The notes beneath the pieces are model-generated. The model was given only the letters and a program-made list of their open reading frames with translations. It searched no databases and was not told where the DNA came from. The translations under genes and the position numbers were made by a program. A DNA stretch of 64,000 nt from Zootoca vivipara (taxonomy: Eukaryota): positions 67,952,001-68,016,000 of the forward strand of contig NC_083277.1 of assembly GCF_963506605.1 (NCBI RefSeq). The letters run 5' to 3'. Below, in pieces: positions 49,160 through 63,727 of this stretch; positions within the stretch are counted from its first letter, which is position 1; every line of letters starts with the position of its first letter.

Positions 49160-50429
49160 AACACACTTACCTAGGAGTAAATGCCTTTGAATGCAGTGAC
49201 TTTTATTTCTCAATAGATACTGATAGGATTGTACTGTAAGTGGTACAGGTGATATTAGCTTCATTCTGTGCTTGATTTCTATACCTACACATGCTACACA
49301 ATATTAGAAATATTAAATTGAATTAATATTTGCATATTCTTAGATTAGTTTTATAAAATCCTGTTCTACTTGGCCTTTATAGTATTCCATAGCAATATAC
49401 TATTTCAAAATTGTCGTGTCATCTGTGTTTTAAACAGATTATCAGATCAGATGTATTGTGACAAAAGCTTTCACAAGTTACATCTGATAAAGTGGGCTCT
49501 TGCCCAAAGCAGCTTATGCCACAATACATTTGCTAATCTTTAGGGTGTCACCACCAGGACTCTGATGTTTTTAAATTATCTTCTGATGTGGGCATTTGAA
49601 GGGTTGATATCAATGGCATATCTGCCTCAAAACAAAATTTATTTTACAGCATTCCCTTTAAAGACTATTTTTAAGGGAGGCATTGTGTGGATTAACCCCT
49701 CCCCCACAAAACCTTGTGTTATTTTGAACAGGGAAGACAGCTGCTACCTTGCTACCACACATTACCCATAAGTAGCTGGGTACATGCAGTATGAGGCAGC
49801 AGAGTCTTTGCAGCACCAAATAAACAATTAAATATTAATCTACTGCACTCTTCATAATGCTTGCAAGCGGAATGAAGCCAGAGTGCAGTTCCCGTGCTGT
49901 CTCTTTCCTTAGAAAGGCTTGCTATAAAATGGACTCCTTTTAGAATATGAGCTGAAGGGCAGAATCCATGGATCCTGGACCCTTCATCCCAATATCAAAA
50001 CCTTTCACAAGGATTACGGAAACATAAACCTTCATAATTTATCTGCACATATTCATGGTGGCACAAGCATGTTATTCTTGTTGACAACATACTCATTCTT
50101 CCTTCAGCTAAAGCAGGTCCTACTTTTGTGTTACAATAGTGTAAACTCCTCTGCCACCACATTGATGTACAGATGTATCCACATAAATGCATGTTTACAT
50201 GAATGGAATTTCAGTGTGATTTATAAACTCCTAGGATGGCCATAGTTGGTTGCAGGCAACCCCCACTGAAAACTATTAGTTTGATTATAACTAGATTATG
50301 TGAGCTACCAGACTACCACATAATTTTGTCTAGTCTAAGGACGAGTTTTGTAAAAGACAAAACTGATGCCCCACTCCCATATGAGTGCTATTTCCTTGTA
50401 ACATCTAACAAAAACATGTGAACCCTTAA

Positions 50430-50620
50430 ATAACCTAGGATCAGGCTACCTGAGGGAGTGCTTTGTTATGTGTTGGCCTGAGCTGTCATTAAGGTATTCT
50501 AATGAGGCCTTCCTGGTTGTGCAGCCTGGAGAGATGACAAGCAGAATGAGAGCCTTTTCTGTTGTGGCACCATCTCTGTGGAATCGTCTCCTCTCAGAAT
50601 TAAGGCAAGCACCAACACTG
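50430..50620 (+). mobile_element. L2 fragment
   Basis: RAFSVVAPSLWNRL motif. Confidence 0.65.
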
Positions 50621-53600
50621 CCACTTCATATTTTCTCCCTCTTAACCACATCTAGTTCCCTGCCCCTTTCAGCAGCAGAATCATTAAACCACATCTGCTA
50701 CCTTCCTCCTAGGACTAAGGGACTCTGCTTTATATGTCACATAAGAGCCCACAGCATTACTACACTGGGGAATACTAGGGTTGAATTACCACCAAAGCAC
50801 TACACACTCATTGTTCATTGCTAGTTAGAACATATTATTAGGAATGAGTTGCCTGTATTTCTATTTAAACTGAATTATATTTTCACCTGGAATTACTGGG
50901 ATTGGCAAGAAGGCATCTATCATGTCAGATTATTACTTAATGAGTTACTGATATGCACTTCCAAAGAGGTAATAAACGGTTGCAGCAAAAACAACAGTGT
51001 TGCTGCAACTTTAAAGACTAAGCAATTAATTATAGTCACTTTCATGGACTAGAGCCCACTTCAGCAGATGAATGGAAAATTATCCCAAGTTGGCAGGTGT
51101 AAAAATATATACATTATAAATATATATACAATGTTAGCTGTGTGGTCAGATCACCACCTTCTGTACTGCTGCCACAGTGGTACACCAACTAGGTTGGGTG
51201 TCCTTCTGAATTTTGGGAAACGAATGTATTCCAGTATACTTAAGAACTGTTCCATTGATGGCCTGGTGGACCTCAAACATTGACATAGTGGAAAGCAAAC
51301 ATGATGTCCTCCTGCTGCTCTGGCTCAGGTTTCTGATACAAGGGGAAGCTAAGGATATTGAATGATAAACAAACTACTGTGGAAAGTTTATGTACTATCA
51401 GGTTGATATGCTTAAAAAAAACCATGTACCACAGCACTCTATCAATACATGAAAATGCACATTCTGTACTTTAAATCACTTCCTTACATCTCCATAATGT
51501 ATTCATTACAGTAGTGGATGAAAGCCAAAGTTGTTGGGTGACATCCAATTGTGGCAGCCTACTAGCACATATATCAGGAGCACCATTCTTCATATAGCAC
51601 AACAGCCAAATTCAGAGAGGGGGCTTAGGCTTGTAGAAGAGTTGTGCTTAGATTTTTAGGTGCTGTTACATTACATCTGTTTGCACACTACCACTAACTC
51701 TCCCACTCCTTGCATGAACATGTTGGAAAATAAAATACCCTGTAAAGAGCAAGGTTGGTAAATGTGCTAGAATAATATGTCAGGGCAAACAGAATGAGGT
51801 AGCCTGAGAAACAAGGTGCCCTTTAAATCTTGGGTTCAGCAGATGCTGCCTACATGCATGTGTAATATTTTCACCACAAGAGGTCTGTATTATTATAGAC
51901 ACACCACAGAATTTCCTCAGGAAACCCATATTTTCTACCAGACTAAATAGGCTGTTTGGCTGTGTTTTTCAACAAGAATGTGGCTTTTTTAAAAAATGCA
52001 CATGACCTTCCCCTCTTGGGTTATGTGATGGCTTTTGTTCAATAGCTCGGATAGGATTGTTAAAAATATTTCAGACCTTTGGAAGAAAAGCAGCTGCAGA
52101 AATGAGTAATTTATCTTACCTCAAACCAAAGCATTGATCTCAGAAGAATTAGAAAGGGCTGAAGTAACAGTAGTATGAGTTTTTGCATGTTTACGGAACA
52201 ATAAGTAGCAGGAAGAAGTAGCACAGAAATCTTTTCAGTCAAACCTGCTTTTGTGCTCCATAATGATTTTGTTAATTATGTATGAGACTTATTTCTGCCT
52301 CACTGATTTTAATCTTATCTGTGGCCTCCCTAGAAGTCTGGAGCAAAAAAGCAGACATCGCATCAAGTCATATTTGTAAGACATAGAAGACCTCCCTTAA
52401 AGAATGGCCTTTTCTCCATATACAGCTTTACATAGCTTGAATAGTTTTTCTGACTGAATAGTTTTTCTGACTACTACCCCAATGTAGAGGTGGAGGGGGT
52501 TAATCTTTTTTCAGTTAGTGGTAGGAAAAGTAGATATTTTATTTATATATCACTGAATTACAGCCCTCTCTAACCTGTGTAAAGAAACTCAACATAACAA
52601 AAAATGAGTACTGTAGTGTGCGCACATGCAGAAGACACCATCAATCCTTAGCCTTGCAGATTGCAAAATATTTTTTCTGATTTCCAGGTCAGTCATGTCC
52701 TTTCCCCGCACCCCTATAATTTCCTCTATATTGATCAATAGCTACCTTCACAGTAGTAATTTATTTTAAAGCATGCTTTCTAAACAAAGAAGTTACTAAA
52801 CCCTTAAAATAAGGCTGCAATCCTGCACTCACTTCCCCGGGAATAAGTCCCATTGGGACTTCTGTCTAGATACGTACAGGATTGCACAGTAAGTTATCTT
52901 TAAACAGTTTTAAAAATAATAATTTTAAGGTTGATCTATGGATTTTACATTTTTCAGTCAAGAGTGCTGAGCAAAAATGCATTTTTCCTGTCCTAAACCA
53001 GGGTTAAGTAGAAGGCAGAATTTCTTCTACTCTAGTCTTTAAGAACACAAACTTGTTTAAGCAGATACCATATTTGGAAGAGATCTTGGTCAAGAAAAAT
53101 AATCATAGGAGCAGCACATTCCTTTTCAGTCATGTGACTGGAAAAGCAAGCAAATAAACGTTCCCTAAAAGGCGGGGTAGAAATATATTAAATAAACGTG
53201 CATGCACACGCAGGAACACTCCCCCCATTATGTTAACATAAAATGTTACCAACAGATAATAGCAAGTTGCAAGTGGTATAAGATTTGCAAAGCATCTTTC
53301 AAGACTAAATACATTACATAAGAAGACAAAAGAATTTGCCAGCAGACCTTAAATCATAGGCAAGACACAGCAGGGAAGGGAAGTGAAAGGAAAGGGGTAG
53401 ATGTTTGAGATCAGTTAGAAGATGCTAGTATAAAGAGGCACATTTTTTAAATCAGGAACTGTTATTTTTAAATACTTGTACCCCACCCTTCTCATACATC
53501 TGTATCTGTTAAGCTTACAATAAAAAACACTGGTATATAAAAATAAAAAAGCTTAAAACCGGAAACAGGCTCAGCAGATAAAAATATTATAAACAAATAA

Positions 53601-54619
53601 AAGGAAGGAGCCAGCCAGATGTCAAGTAGTAAAGAATTCCAATGACAGGGAGCAGCAAGCAAGAGGCAAACTCAGGATATGGAGGATATGTGGGCATTAC
53701 AGGAGCAAAGAGTGTGTGGAGCAGCAGAAAAATAAGTGGAGCTGTGAGAATGAAGGCATTTAAAAGTTAACAGAAGAAATGTAAGTAGAATATGAAAAGA
53801 ATTAGCCAATAGAAAAAGAATTAGCCAATAGAAAAAGCAGAAACAAGCAGTAAACATAGCTATAGGGACAAGTTGAATGAATTATGAAGAATCCAAGGCA
53901 GAGGAAAGAGAGAATATATTGGAAGCCAAGCAAAAGCAAGTTTACAAGTTGATGGCTCATCAATACCTAAAACTCAAGTTGTCAAAAAGTATTTCAATTT
54001 TATGCATAGCCTCATTATTATTATTAATTTCAATTCTGTAACACTACACATTTTAAAGAATAAAATATCAAAGCAGTTAACAGCCTACAAACTTTGTACA
54101 AATTATACACGTAAAAGGAAGTGTTGCATAAAGTAGTAAGCAGATGATATGGTATTATTCAGGATGCTAAAAGTCAAAACAGACTTCAAAGATTTCCAGT
54201 GGGAAACAGGATGGACTTTTTGTCTGATCCAGCGTATCACTTTCTATGTCAGTTTCCACAGAGGTAGCAAATGTTTTTAGTGTATGTACTGACAAAAACA
54301 CCTCCTATATTTGACATAGCACCTATGCCTTTAAATATGCATGTACTTTTCTTTCAGCAGAAGCTGGCGGAGTCATGAAAACATCCACGTCTCAAACCAA
54401 AATAACCTCAGATCCAGATGAGAATAATCCAAACTTAGATTTAAAGCATTTCAATGATTCTAGATTTGAAACTGTAGTTCTTGTGACCTTTTGCTTATCA
54501 CAGAGAGCTCCTTACATTTAACCTGCCTGTAGTTGATGTAGTTGAACTGCTGGAGTGAAATATCAAGTCTGAGCCAAGTAAGGAAAAAACCTTAGCTATT
54601 CAATATTTTCAGAAAAGGA

Positions 54620-56169
54620 ATACACAATGACATTTTATTTTATTTGATGAGGAAGTTAGAAAACACACATATAGTGAAATTGTTCTTTACAAAGACCTTG
54701 TATTCATTCTAAAACTGAAAATTACAGGTATAGAAAGAATTAAGTATCTTCTCAAATGAAATGTTTCCAATATCATGGCTTCTCAAAGTAGTTCCCATTG
54801 CAAAGTATTTAACAGCACAATCATGCCCCTGCTAATCTCCTCACCTCCCCATGAATTCTTACAGCCCAGTGAAAGTGTTTTAGATTTAAAACAAAAACAA
54901 AACCACAGCTACAGTCCTACCACATGGCAAGTCAAAGCTGTTGAAAAGTGAAACATAAAATCAGCACAACACATGTCATTAATCTGGCAAAATATTTTGG
55001 GAAGTCCAACACAGTTAAAGGCAATTCATGCTTTGAAAAACACATGAGCTTGTTTTGGTGTTCCAGTTTATTAAATTTAGAGCCTGATTTGTTTAGATCA
55101 ATGTACATTTTACATATTAAAATTTTGCCCCATAGCATCACATCCTTCTACAAAACAGACATTTCAAAACTGGACAAATTTTTAGCTCCAATTATTACTG
55201 CCATTGTTTACACAGATACCACCAGTGATGCAATAATAAGGGCAAAATTACAAGAATTTGAGAAAAGTTCTCTCATAAATGTTAATGTGATAAGAAGTGG
55301 AAAATAGAACAGCTTTGGAACCAGGGAAAGTTAGACTACAGTGTCTACAGGTCAGAGACTGTCTAAAGTAGGCTACCATATTCTGATACAATAGCCACCA
55401 ACATTGGAGATGATTGACAAACTATTTCCTCATATGCCGACACAGAAAAATGGGGGGGGGGCGATAATTAAAGAATATATACACACACACATTCACAATA
55501 AGCTTGACTAATTCTGTACTTCCCTTATAGAAAAAAAATCTCATGTAATGGAAGTACAATTTCTCATTAAATAATAAGTTCAATTTTTATTTTTTGCTAA
55601 TTCCTAAAACCAGACATGTATAGAAAACTTATTTAAATCTTCCAAATTTCTCATTTTGCAGGAAAATATACAGACACTACTTTTGTTATCCTTATGCATT
55701 AAAATCCATTAAAAGTTTAGGTCTTCACGATTTCCAGGCCATTTACATGGTTCTAGAAGTTCATATGCTGATCTAACTCGGAATGGGAGGAAGATGGGCA
55801 AGGGAGAAGGTTTTTTTCTATGTGAGGTGGGAAACTTCAACCTTTGTTGAAGTACAACTACCACCCCCTGTTTAAGATTTTTCAAGCTGAGCTTATACTA
55901 TAGTTGTCCAGAAAAGTTGTAACTGATTTGATTCAGTATACCTAGAAGCACACAATTTTTTTTTAAAAAAACTTTAATTATGCCCTCCTGAAACTGTTGT
56001 AATCTGTGCAGAAAAGGACCTCCTGACGAAAATAATTTTGATCTTTAAAAAAAATCCAGCATGACTACATTAAAAAATGTAATTTACAATAAGCAGTGTA
56101 AATAGCAAAGATAAACAGAAATGACAAGTTTCACAAATGAAAACTGGCAGACAGATTTACTCCAAATAT
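54620..56169 (-). other. DDX46: Probable DDX46 3' UTR; AATAAA near 54639-54634
   Basis: AT-rich, TE-poor stretch after the stop with minus-strand AATAAA signals. End point inferred. Confidence 0.45.
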
Positions 56170-56217
56170 TTATAAAACTTTGTATCTTCCTTTGTTGGTT
56201 GGTTGGTATGAATTTTG
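56170..56217 (-). CDS. DDX46: DDX46 last coding exon
   Basis: ctcttacag|CAA...; QNSYQPTNKGRYKVL* matches the remembered DDX46 C-terminus. Confidence 0.95.
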   Translation of the reverse strand, partial: QNSYQPTNKGRYKVL

Positions 56218-57882
56218 CTGTAAGAGAAGAAAGCAGTATGTGATTAATCAGACATGTAGTTAGTATACTTTCTAAGCTAACTCAACTATAAAAACAGTAA
56301 CAAAAGTATATTACAATGTCGCAAAACAAGAGTGTCTAAGGGGAAGGAAACACGGAATGGAAAGCTCAATAAAGCATTTGATTGTGAGCTTAAGTGTCTG
56401 AAGTCAGCTCACCATGGAATAAACAAAGAATCCCAAATCGGCATCCAAAAGAAACACAATACTGAGCAGAAAAAAATAACATTGGTTTTGGAAAAAAAGA
56501 AAGCTTCAATTTACAAAAGGAAATAAATCAGTTGTCTTCTATGGAAAGGTAAGAGATGTTTCCAAAGAAGCACATATGCAACCCTCTATAAAAAAATTTA
56601 ATGTACAAGGATATGTTTGTTAACCCCTTGGAGAGATGTCTCCAAGAGTAAAATCCTCACAGTATTCAGTCTCTATCTGTCGCTATAACAGACTAGCAAG
56701 AACATCGGCGGGGGGGGGGGGGGGGAGGCCTGACTGGTCCAGTATTTCTGAATTTGATGTATTAAGTATAAATAGCTTAAGGGAGCAATCCTATGCTTCT
56801 GCGGAGGGCACCTGGGAGGCTGCTGAATAACTTGAACCTTCCTCTCCATGGCTAGAAAGGGAGGACCATGATCAGTGGCCTCACTGGTTTGGCAGTTTGC
56901 CACAGCTTATTTGTCCTCTGCTCAGAAGGCAGTAAAACAAAGCGAGGCATTACAGGAGCATGTCAGGGCAGATAGGGGGAGGCACTGGCTCTGCTGGATC
57001 CAAAGCTCCTCCATTTCCCAGAAATGCCTCGAGAATGCAGGAGTAACTATACCAGTTCTGGAGCTGGTATAGGTGATTTCCCCTCCCACTGGAAACAATG
57101 GGAGGGTTTTTCAAACAAAGGAATTGGTGAGGAAAAAGGAATTGGTGAGGAAGGGGTAAGAAGCCACCCACACAAATATGTTTTGCCCTGTCTGGCATAA
57201 ACCTGGTAGGGCTTTGGAAATGGAGGCTACTTTACCCCTGAGTCTTCCCCGCCCTCCATAAACTTCATAGGATTAATCTGTCCAGATAGTATTGTGGAAT
57301 TATGGCACACGTGGCAAACTGTGGCTGGCTGATCCAGAATTCCTTCATCTCCTTGAGCAGTTTCTTCACATGGGTGGGGCTGCCCATCTGTCATATGACA
57401 TCAGGTGATTTTCCTTTGAATCTCTAAGCATGCTCCTGATTCTTCCTTTGCAGCTCTAGATTAATACACATGCAAGATCCAAAGGAAAACCCCAGAATTC
57501 AAGCTGTTGCTACAAGAGAAGAAATGCACTCCTGATTCTTCCTTTCCAGCTGTAATCTGGTGCTTTTTTTTTAATTTGGCAGGGCAACAGAAAAAGATAT
57601 CAAACAAAAGTGCCAAATTCTATCAGTGGCTGGAAAGGATGAATCGGCTGCTCTCTTATTTTTTTCTTTACATTTTAGCCATGTGGATTTACCTGCCCAC
57701 CTGCTGTCACACGATGTCAGGTGTTGGACAGGTGGGTGTGGTTTAGACAAAACTCATGCCACATTGTCAAAAGGGGAAGCCTGAAAGGCCTAATTAAGCC
57801 TGTGGGTGAGCTGCTCCCCACCACTGATAATTACTATGAAATACCTGGAATTTCAGACAAAAATTATGACTATTTCACCTAC

Positions 57883-57956
57883 CAGTCTGATAAGCTCTTC
57901 TTTGATAAGCCTGGTAATTTCTGCCTTTGCTTTCTGCACAGCCAATTCATTGGCAC
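57883..57956 (-). CDS. DDX46: DDX46 penultimate exon
   Basis: 74 nt; (S)ANELAVQKAKAEITRLIKEELIRL; AG/GT bounded with correct phases. Confidence 0.95.
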
Positions 57957-58783
57957 CTGAAAGCAGAAAGTAAACAAAAATTAAATCATCAAGGACGAAG
58001 CAAGCAAACAGAAGAATCACATTGTGTTGGTAGCCATGAAGGTGCTTCAGTAATCCAGTAATTCGTACACTGTGACATTAAACCTACATTAAGTTTCATA
58101 ATGTTATACACATACATATTCACATTACCAAGAAATTCAGCAAGAAGAAATTAGTGAACAACTGAACAAACACCCTCTTGTCGCCTTAAATCCATGGGGC
58201 TTGCATGGAGTTCCCACCAAAATTAATAACAAGAATATACGTATGGGGACATGCTTGTCAGGGTTACTACATATTTAGTGAGTTTTGTATTTCTGAATAG
58301 CTACACAGGAGTGATGCATTTCTCTCTTTCTATAACATTACACAAAATTTAAAAGCCGTTAAAATAGTTTAGGTCTAAAACAGTGGCTTCCTATATGAAC
58401 CTGCCTGCACACTTTGATTAAACAAGGGAAACCCTGCTCCATGTCCCAGCAGAGACACTGTGGGTGGTGATCTGAAAGGAGGCCTTCTCGATGATGGGCT
58501 GCAAATGCCCCCCCAAAAAAGAGTGAGATGTGCCTGTAACTAAGAATTCAACACCCTGAAGATACACTGGCAGCTTCTTATGGCTATGTCTATGGCTGAC
58601 GGTGATTAGAGAAGAGGTAGGTAAAGAAGCTTGTAGAATCTTTTTTACCATCCTCCTAGCTGGAGCCAAAAGTAAAATGGTGGCTGATGTGTAGAGGCAA
58701 TTACCAGCTGCATCCCAAGAGCCCCATTTGCTGAGATTACCTGTACATGCTAGATGTGATACAAATTTGTATATGCCTTAGAG

Positions 58784-58919
58784 CAGGCATGTCAAACCTG
58801 CGGCCCTCCAGATGTTTTGGCCTACAACTCCCATGATCCCTAGATAGCAGGACCAGTGGTTGGGGAAGATGGGAATTGTAGTCCAAAACATCTGGAGGGC
58901 CGCAGGTTTGATATGCCTG
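58784..58919. mobile_element. hAT MITE (CAGGCATGTCAAAC family)
   Basis: Palindromic; perfect TSD CCTTAGAG. Confidence 0.9.
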
Positions 58920-59536
58920 CCTTAGAGCTTGTTAAGTTCTTGCAGCTGGCCCTAAAGTGGCTCCCCTCCCCATCACATGGAAACATCTGATGATATGGAA
59001 GATTCCTGCTCCAATAACTGAGGCTTCCAGGAGTGTCTGGTGTTGGTCTTAGAACTGTCTGCATCATTAGAACAATGGAATGGAGTGTGCTCATCCCCCC
59101 CGTATTGGCATTTCCAGTTGGGGAGGACAAACCTGAATCTACCCTGGTGTGCTACCAGGGTCAAGACTGGGTACTTGTTTTGCTCCAACTTAAAAATGTC
59201 ACCACCAGAAGCCCTGCACTTCCCCTTGCTTTTGACAAATCATTGCAAATATCTTTAGAAGGTCAAGTCGCTGGCTGGTTGATGGGCAAAGTGGCTTGTA
59301 ATGAGCTGGCAGCTTGTTTTAACTCCATGTGCCTTCACAGTAACCGGAACACACACACCCATTGTCCTTTATCTCCAGGTGAACCAATGGGAAGTCCAGA
59401 TGGCAGTATTTAAAAATGTAAAAGCTACTATTGTTCAACTTGTTCCTTTAATTTCTTCTTGTCAGCAATTTTGGACACTCTGGTCAACAGTGAGCCCTCT
59501 GCTGGTGTGGGCACACAGGGAAATGTCACACAATGT

Positions 59537-59626
59537 CATAGCTGCCAAGTTTTCGCTTTTCTCGCGAGGAAGCCTATTCAGCATAAGGGAAAATCCCTGT
59601 AAAAAAGGGATAACTTGGCAGCTATG
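59537..59626. mobile_element. 90-bp hAT MITE
   Basis: TSD CACAATGT. Confidence 0.9.
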
Positions 59627-60021
59627 CACAATGTTGACTCCTGAAACTGCTCAATATTGCAGGTTTCCCACACCTTGTTGCAGATGTACCCTCCTGAATA
59701 CTGGCTTGTGTCAAATCGACTATGTGGTTAATCACTACTGCCAATATTTGTGTCAAGCTGTTCTCCCACCTCACTGAGAACAGCAGCACATATCCCCTGC
59801 TGTGGCAACTTTTCTAGAACAAGGAAGAATTCCCTTCTTTGCCCTTTAAGAAAGCAACAATAGATGTGTCTGGGTATCTTTTTGCACAGAAACACAATTA
59901 ATTGACTTTCTAGCCTAGATAGCTGCAATGCTTGCTAAAAACATGCCCTATGTGGCATTCATTTTACATTCAACAGACGGCTGTAATGGGAGTTTTAGTG
60001 GAAATGATTAGCAATACTCAC

Positions 60022-60166
60022 TCTCAATGGCCAAGTAAATTTTTCGTTCTCCCTCCTTGGGCTCTTTGCCTGGAGGGAAGTATGTTCCTCTGATTGTAAT
60101 GGCAGCTTCAGAATATTCACTTATTCTGTGCAGAGCTTCCTTTGATGTTACTTTCCACCTGGCAGT
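60022..60166 (-). CDS. DDX46: DDX46 exon (KH-like C-terminal region)
   Basis: 145 nt; TARWKVTSKEALHRISEYSEAAITIRGTYFPPGKEPKEGERKIYLAIE. Confidence 0.95.
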
Positions 60167-60998
60167 CTGTAAAACAAAAGAAGCAAAGAAAAGGAAAAGA
60201 TGCAAAGTATTAAATCAAAAAAGGCTAAGTGGAATTCTAAACAAAGGGACTTCACAGTAAGTAGCATAACAGAATGACCAGAAACCAGAAATGGGGAAAT
60301 AGTGTAAGTGATTAATGCTTTGATATTTAGAATAAAAAAATATTATAAATAACATTTTATAAAAAGTATAATAAGCTCCATTTAATAGTTCTTTTCTCTC
60401 ATCACTATGTAGGACAATTTTAAAAAGTTAAACACTTCTTAATATATCAGAAATAGTTTATAGAAAACATTATCAGAAGACAGCTATATATATATATGCA
60501 TGTGCAAGCTGTCCTCTGATAATCAGATAATCAGATATTACACACACACACACACACACCCCACCCTGGTGAAAGTGTAGTTTTGTTAATGAATGAAGTC
60601 TCTACAGTGCCTTTATGAGCTGGAAAGAAAAATTATTTAGCAGAATGTCAATGGGTTACTAGGTGTGAATATGGTTGACATATTTTAAAAGTAATTTTCA
60701 AGACAACAAAAAATATATTGGTCAGAAAACAAAAAAATGAGGAAATCTTATTCAGTGGAAGAATATCTTATTCAGTGTGAAAGTTTCACTCCATCATTAA
60801 ACCACAAATGCTGCTGACTAGTGAAAAAGTCCATAGTTACACAGCAGCAGTTGATACACAACAGGTGATAATATTAAGGATGGATTTGGCAATTAAGAAC
60901 CTATGTTAGCAAGAAATTGTCTACTAGATTCCCAGCTAGAGCCCTGAGCTGTACAACCACCATTGCAATATGAAGAATCCACCACCACAAAATCTTGC

Positions 60999-61217
60999 CT
61001 GTGGGAAATCATTGATCTCCAGTTCTTCCTCATATCTTTTAAAAGATTCATTTTGTCCGCCTTCCTGTTTTTCCTCCTCTTGTTTCTCTATGGGCACATA
61101 ATTCAGCTTGGCATTGATCTTCTCAGCCAGTTGTTCTGCAATGGTCTTTGCAGATACGGTTGGAGCCTGAATGGTGCCACCCCTCAGGATAGCATTGGTA
61201 GCTTGCTGCATCACATC
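60999..61217 (-). CDS. DDX46: DDX46 exon ending at a GC donor
   Basis: 219 nt; DVMQQATNAILRGG...YEEELEINDFPQ then CAG|GCAAGA. Upstream exons lie beyond 64000. Confidence 0.93.
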
Positions 61218-63591
61218 CTGTAATAAGGTATTTTTTTAATAAAACAAAACAAAACTAATTTCAGAAACATACCACAGCACAAGGTAGTACAAGAATTTTA
61301 CCAGCATATGAATGTTGTCGCGTAACCATCTGTGCATATATATTCTAAACCTGCACAAATGAGACGTCCCTATCACTGACTAATCCCAAGCCCCCTTGGA
61401 TGTACAAACAAAACAAACGTTGAATTGAAACAAAGACAATATTATCCCAGGATAACTAATCATATAAATTCCCAGATGGGTAGCCATGCGAGCCTGTTGC
61501 AGCAAAAGCAGCTAAAGACTGGAAACAAAAAGGCTAACCAGTTTATTATTGAATAAGCTTTCATGGATGATGAACCATAAAAGTTTATGTCCTAATAAAT
61601 TTCTTAATTTTTAAAGTGTCATAAACTGCTATTTTTAATCATAAAAACGGGCCTACAGACAGTCTTTGCATTTTGGTAGCAACTATATACATAAGCACAG
61701 CACTCCTCACATAAAAAATTGATACAATTATTAGCAGAACCATGCAGTCTTGGTGTTCAAAGTTAAGCCTGAAATCAAACACAGTGTAGTCAGAAATGTA
61801 CTAGCTATAATCCAGGTCACAGCAGATGTGACGTGCCCAGGTTTTAGAAGGAACTGCCAGAATAAATAATGCAGGCTAGGGCCACTGCTATGTCAATCTA
61901 CAGATCTGCAATACTGGATATATCTTTTATTTATGGTAGATAATAAACAACACGGTGTATTTTCCAAGAGTGATCTTGTTCATATATCGTTAGACCCTGA
62001 AATTTTAAGTGGAGCTGCTCTCATTACAGACTTAAACTCATCAATACATTATCAACTGGGCAGGTCAGCTATGGGCCAAATTATAAGTGACTGGAGCAGC
62101 TACATGCATTCAAGTATGAAGCAGAACATCTGTCCTTTTTGAAATTTTATTTTATTTTTGCACCTAGGAGTATATGCCAGTGAGGAGAGCTATTCTTTCC
62201 TTTGCCTGACACGGCTGCCTTCCTCTGCTGCAAGCATTTCTCTCCCCACTTCAGATATCAGAGTTGGCTGGGAGTGTTTTGAAGCAATGGAGGACAAGGC
62301 AAAGTAAGGGAGGGCTTAGCTTCCCTCATCCATGTACTCTTTTTTTATGTCTGCCCAATTAAGGCATGAAAGTGAGACATATTCCTAAATAAACATGGCT
62401 GCCCCATCACATTGTTTGGCCTAAGAGAACTAAAATAATATTTTGCTACCAATTATGCTTTTAAACGAAAATGTTGAAAAGCATTAGCAGGCTCTTGTCC
62501 AATTTTGCACGGGTTTATATACAGGTATGTCTATAAACATGGCCTGAACTGTACTGTGTTGGCTCGTTTGCAGAATGAGCTTGGACTAACAGCTTTATAA
62601 TAAGAGGAAAAGAATCTGGGACAGGATCAAGCACTTTCTCAAAACAGCTGCCCCCAAGTCATGACTCCCTTTCCTAAGTTGCAACTCTGTATAAGCAACC
62701 AAGTGGTGGGAATCCAAAAAGCCCAATGGTTTCAGGATGCTTTCGTTATACAAAAGAAAACAATGCTAGGTTTAAAAAAACTGTATTTGTAACTCCTCTG
62801 TTCCAAACGCTGCTGTTCAGAAATCCACACCCGCATTTTCTGCATGCAATTAGTCGCATGCATCTTTGGATTCTGGCCTAAGTTTGGAATGGGGTTTTAT
62901 CCTAGTACCATGAAATACCTTCTATGAGAAAAATCCTCCGCTTATTAGCAAAATGAACTCACCCCAAACATAAAATCCAAGGGCCAATAGGATTGAATAC
63001 ACCCAAAAGTAATATAAAATTAGTATGGTGATGTCTCTCACCTGCTAGTGATAATCTGAATGGCATGCTATTTATTCTCTGAATGAGCCCAACCAGTCAC
63101 TGATCACTCAACTAGTTGTTATAACTGGTTGCTCTTTTTTTCTTTTTGCTGTGACAGGAGGCTTTTCATGTTTTTATTGCTCGGCTGCATTTATTTATTT
63201 ATGATTGTAACTAAAATTTTACTGTATAGTTTTATGTTATGACTGTTAGTCGCTCTGTGTCTGTGCTGAAAGAGCAGCAAATAAATTCTGGAGCATTTTA
63301 ATGCCTCCTGTTACCAAGACAACTGAGCCAACACACTCTCTAGCCATGCAATGAAATTACCTCATGCCAAGATAGGAAAAAGTGGCTGAGGTGCTTCGGC
63401 AATGGGAATGCTCCTGATTTTACTGCACTGTGGTAGTATCACTGCCGCACAGCAAGGCAGGGAGCGTCCGCACAGCTGCCTCAGCAACCAGAGCATGTGT
63501 CCTACTCCCCTCCCTGAGAGTACTGTGGCGGCATGGCCAACATTGGCCACTATAGTATGATTCCCTCTATGTTCCTTGACCCGTTAGACTG

Positions 63592-63727
63592 CAGGCATGT
63601 CAAACATGCGGCCCTCCAGATGTTTTGGCCTACAACTCCCATGATCCCTAGCTAGCAGGACCAGTGGTTGGGGAAGATGGGAATTGTAGTCCAAAACATC
63701 TGGAGGGCTGCAAGTTTGACATGCCTG
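63592..63727. mobile_element. hAT MITE (CAGGCATGTCAAAC family)
   Basis: Near-identical to 58784-58919; imperfect TSD CGTTAGA. Confidence 0.85.
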
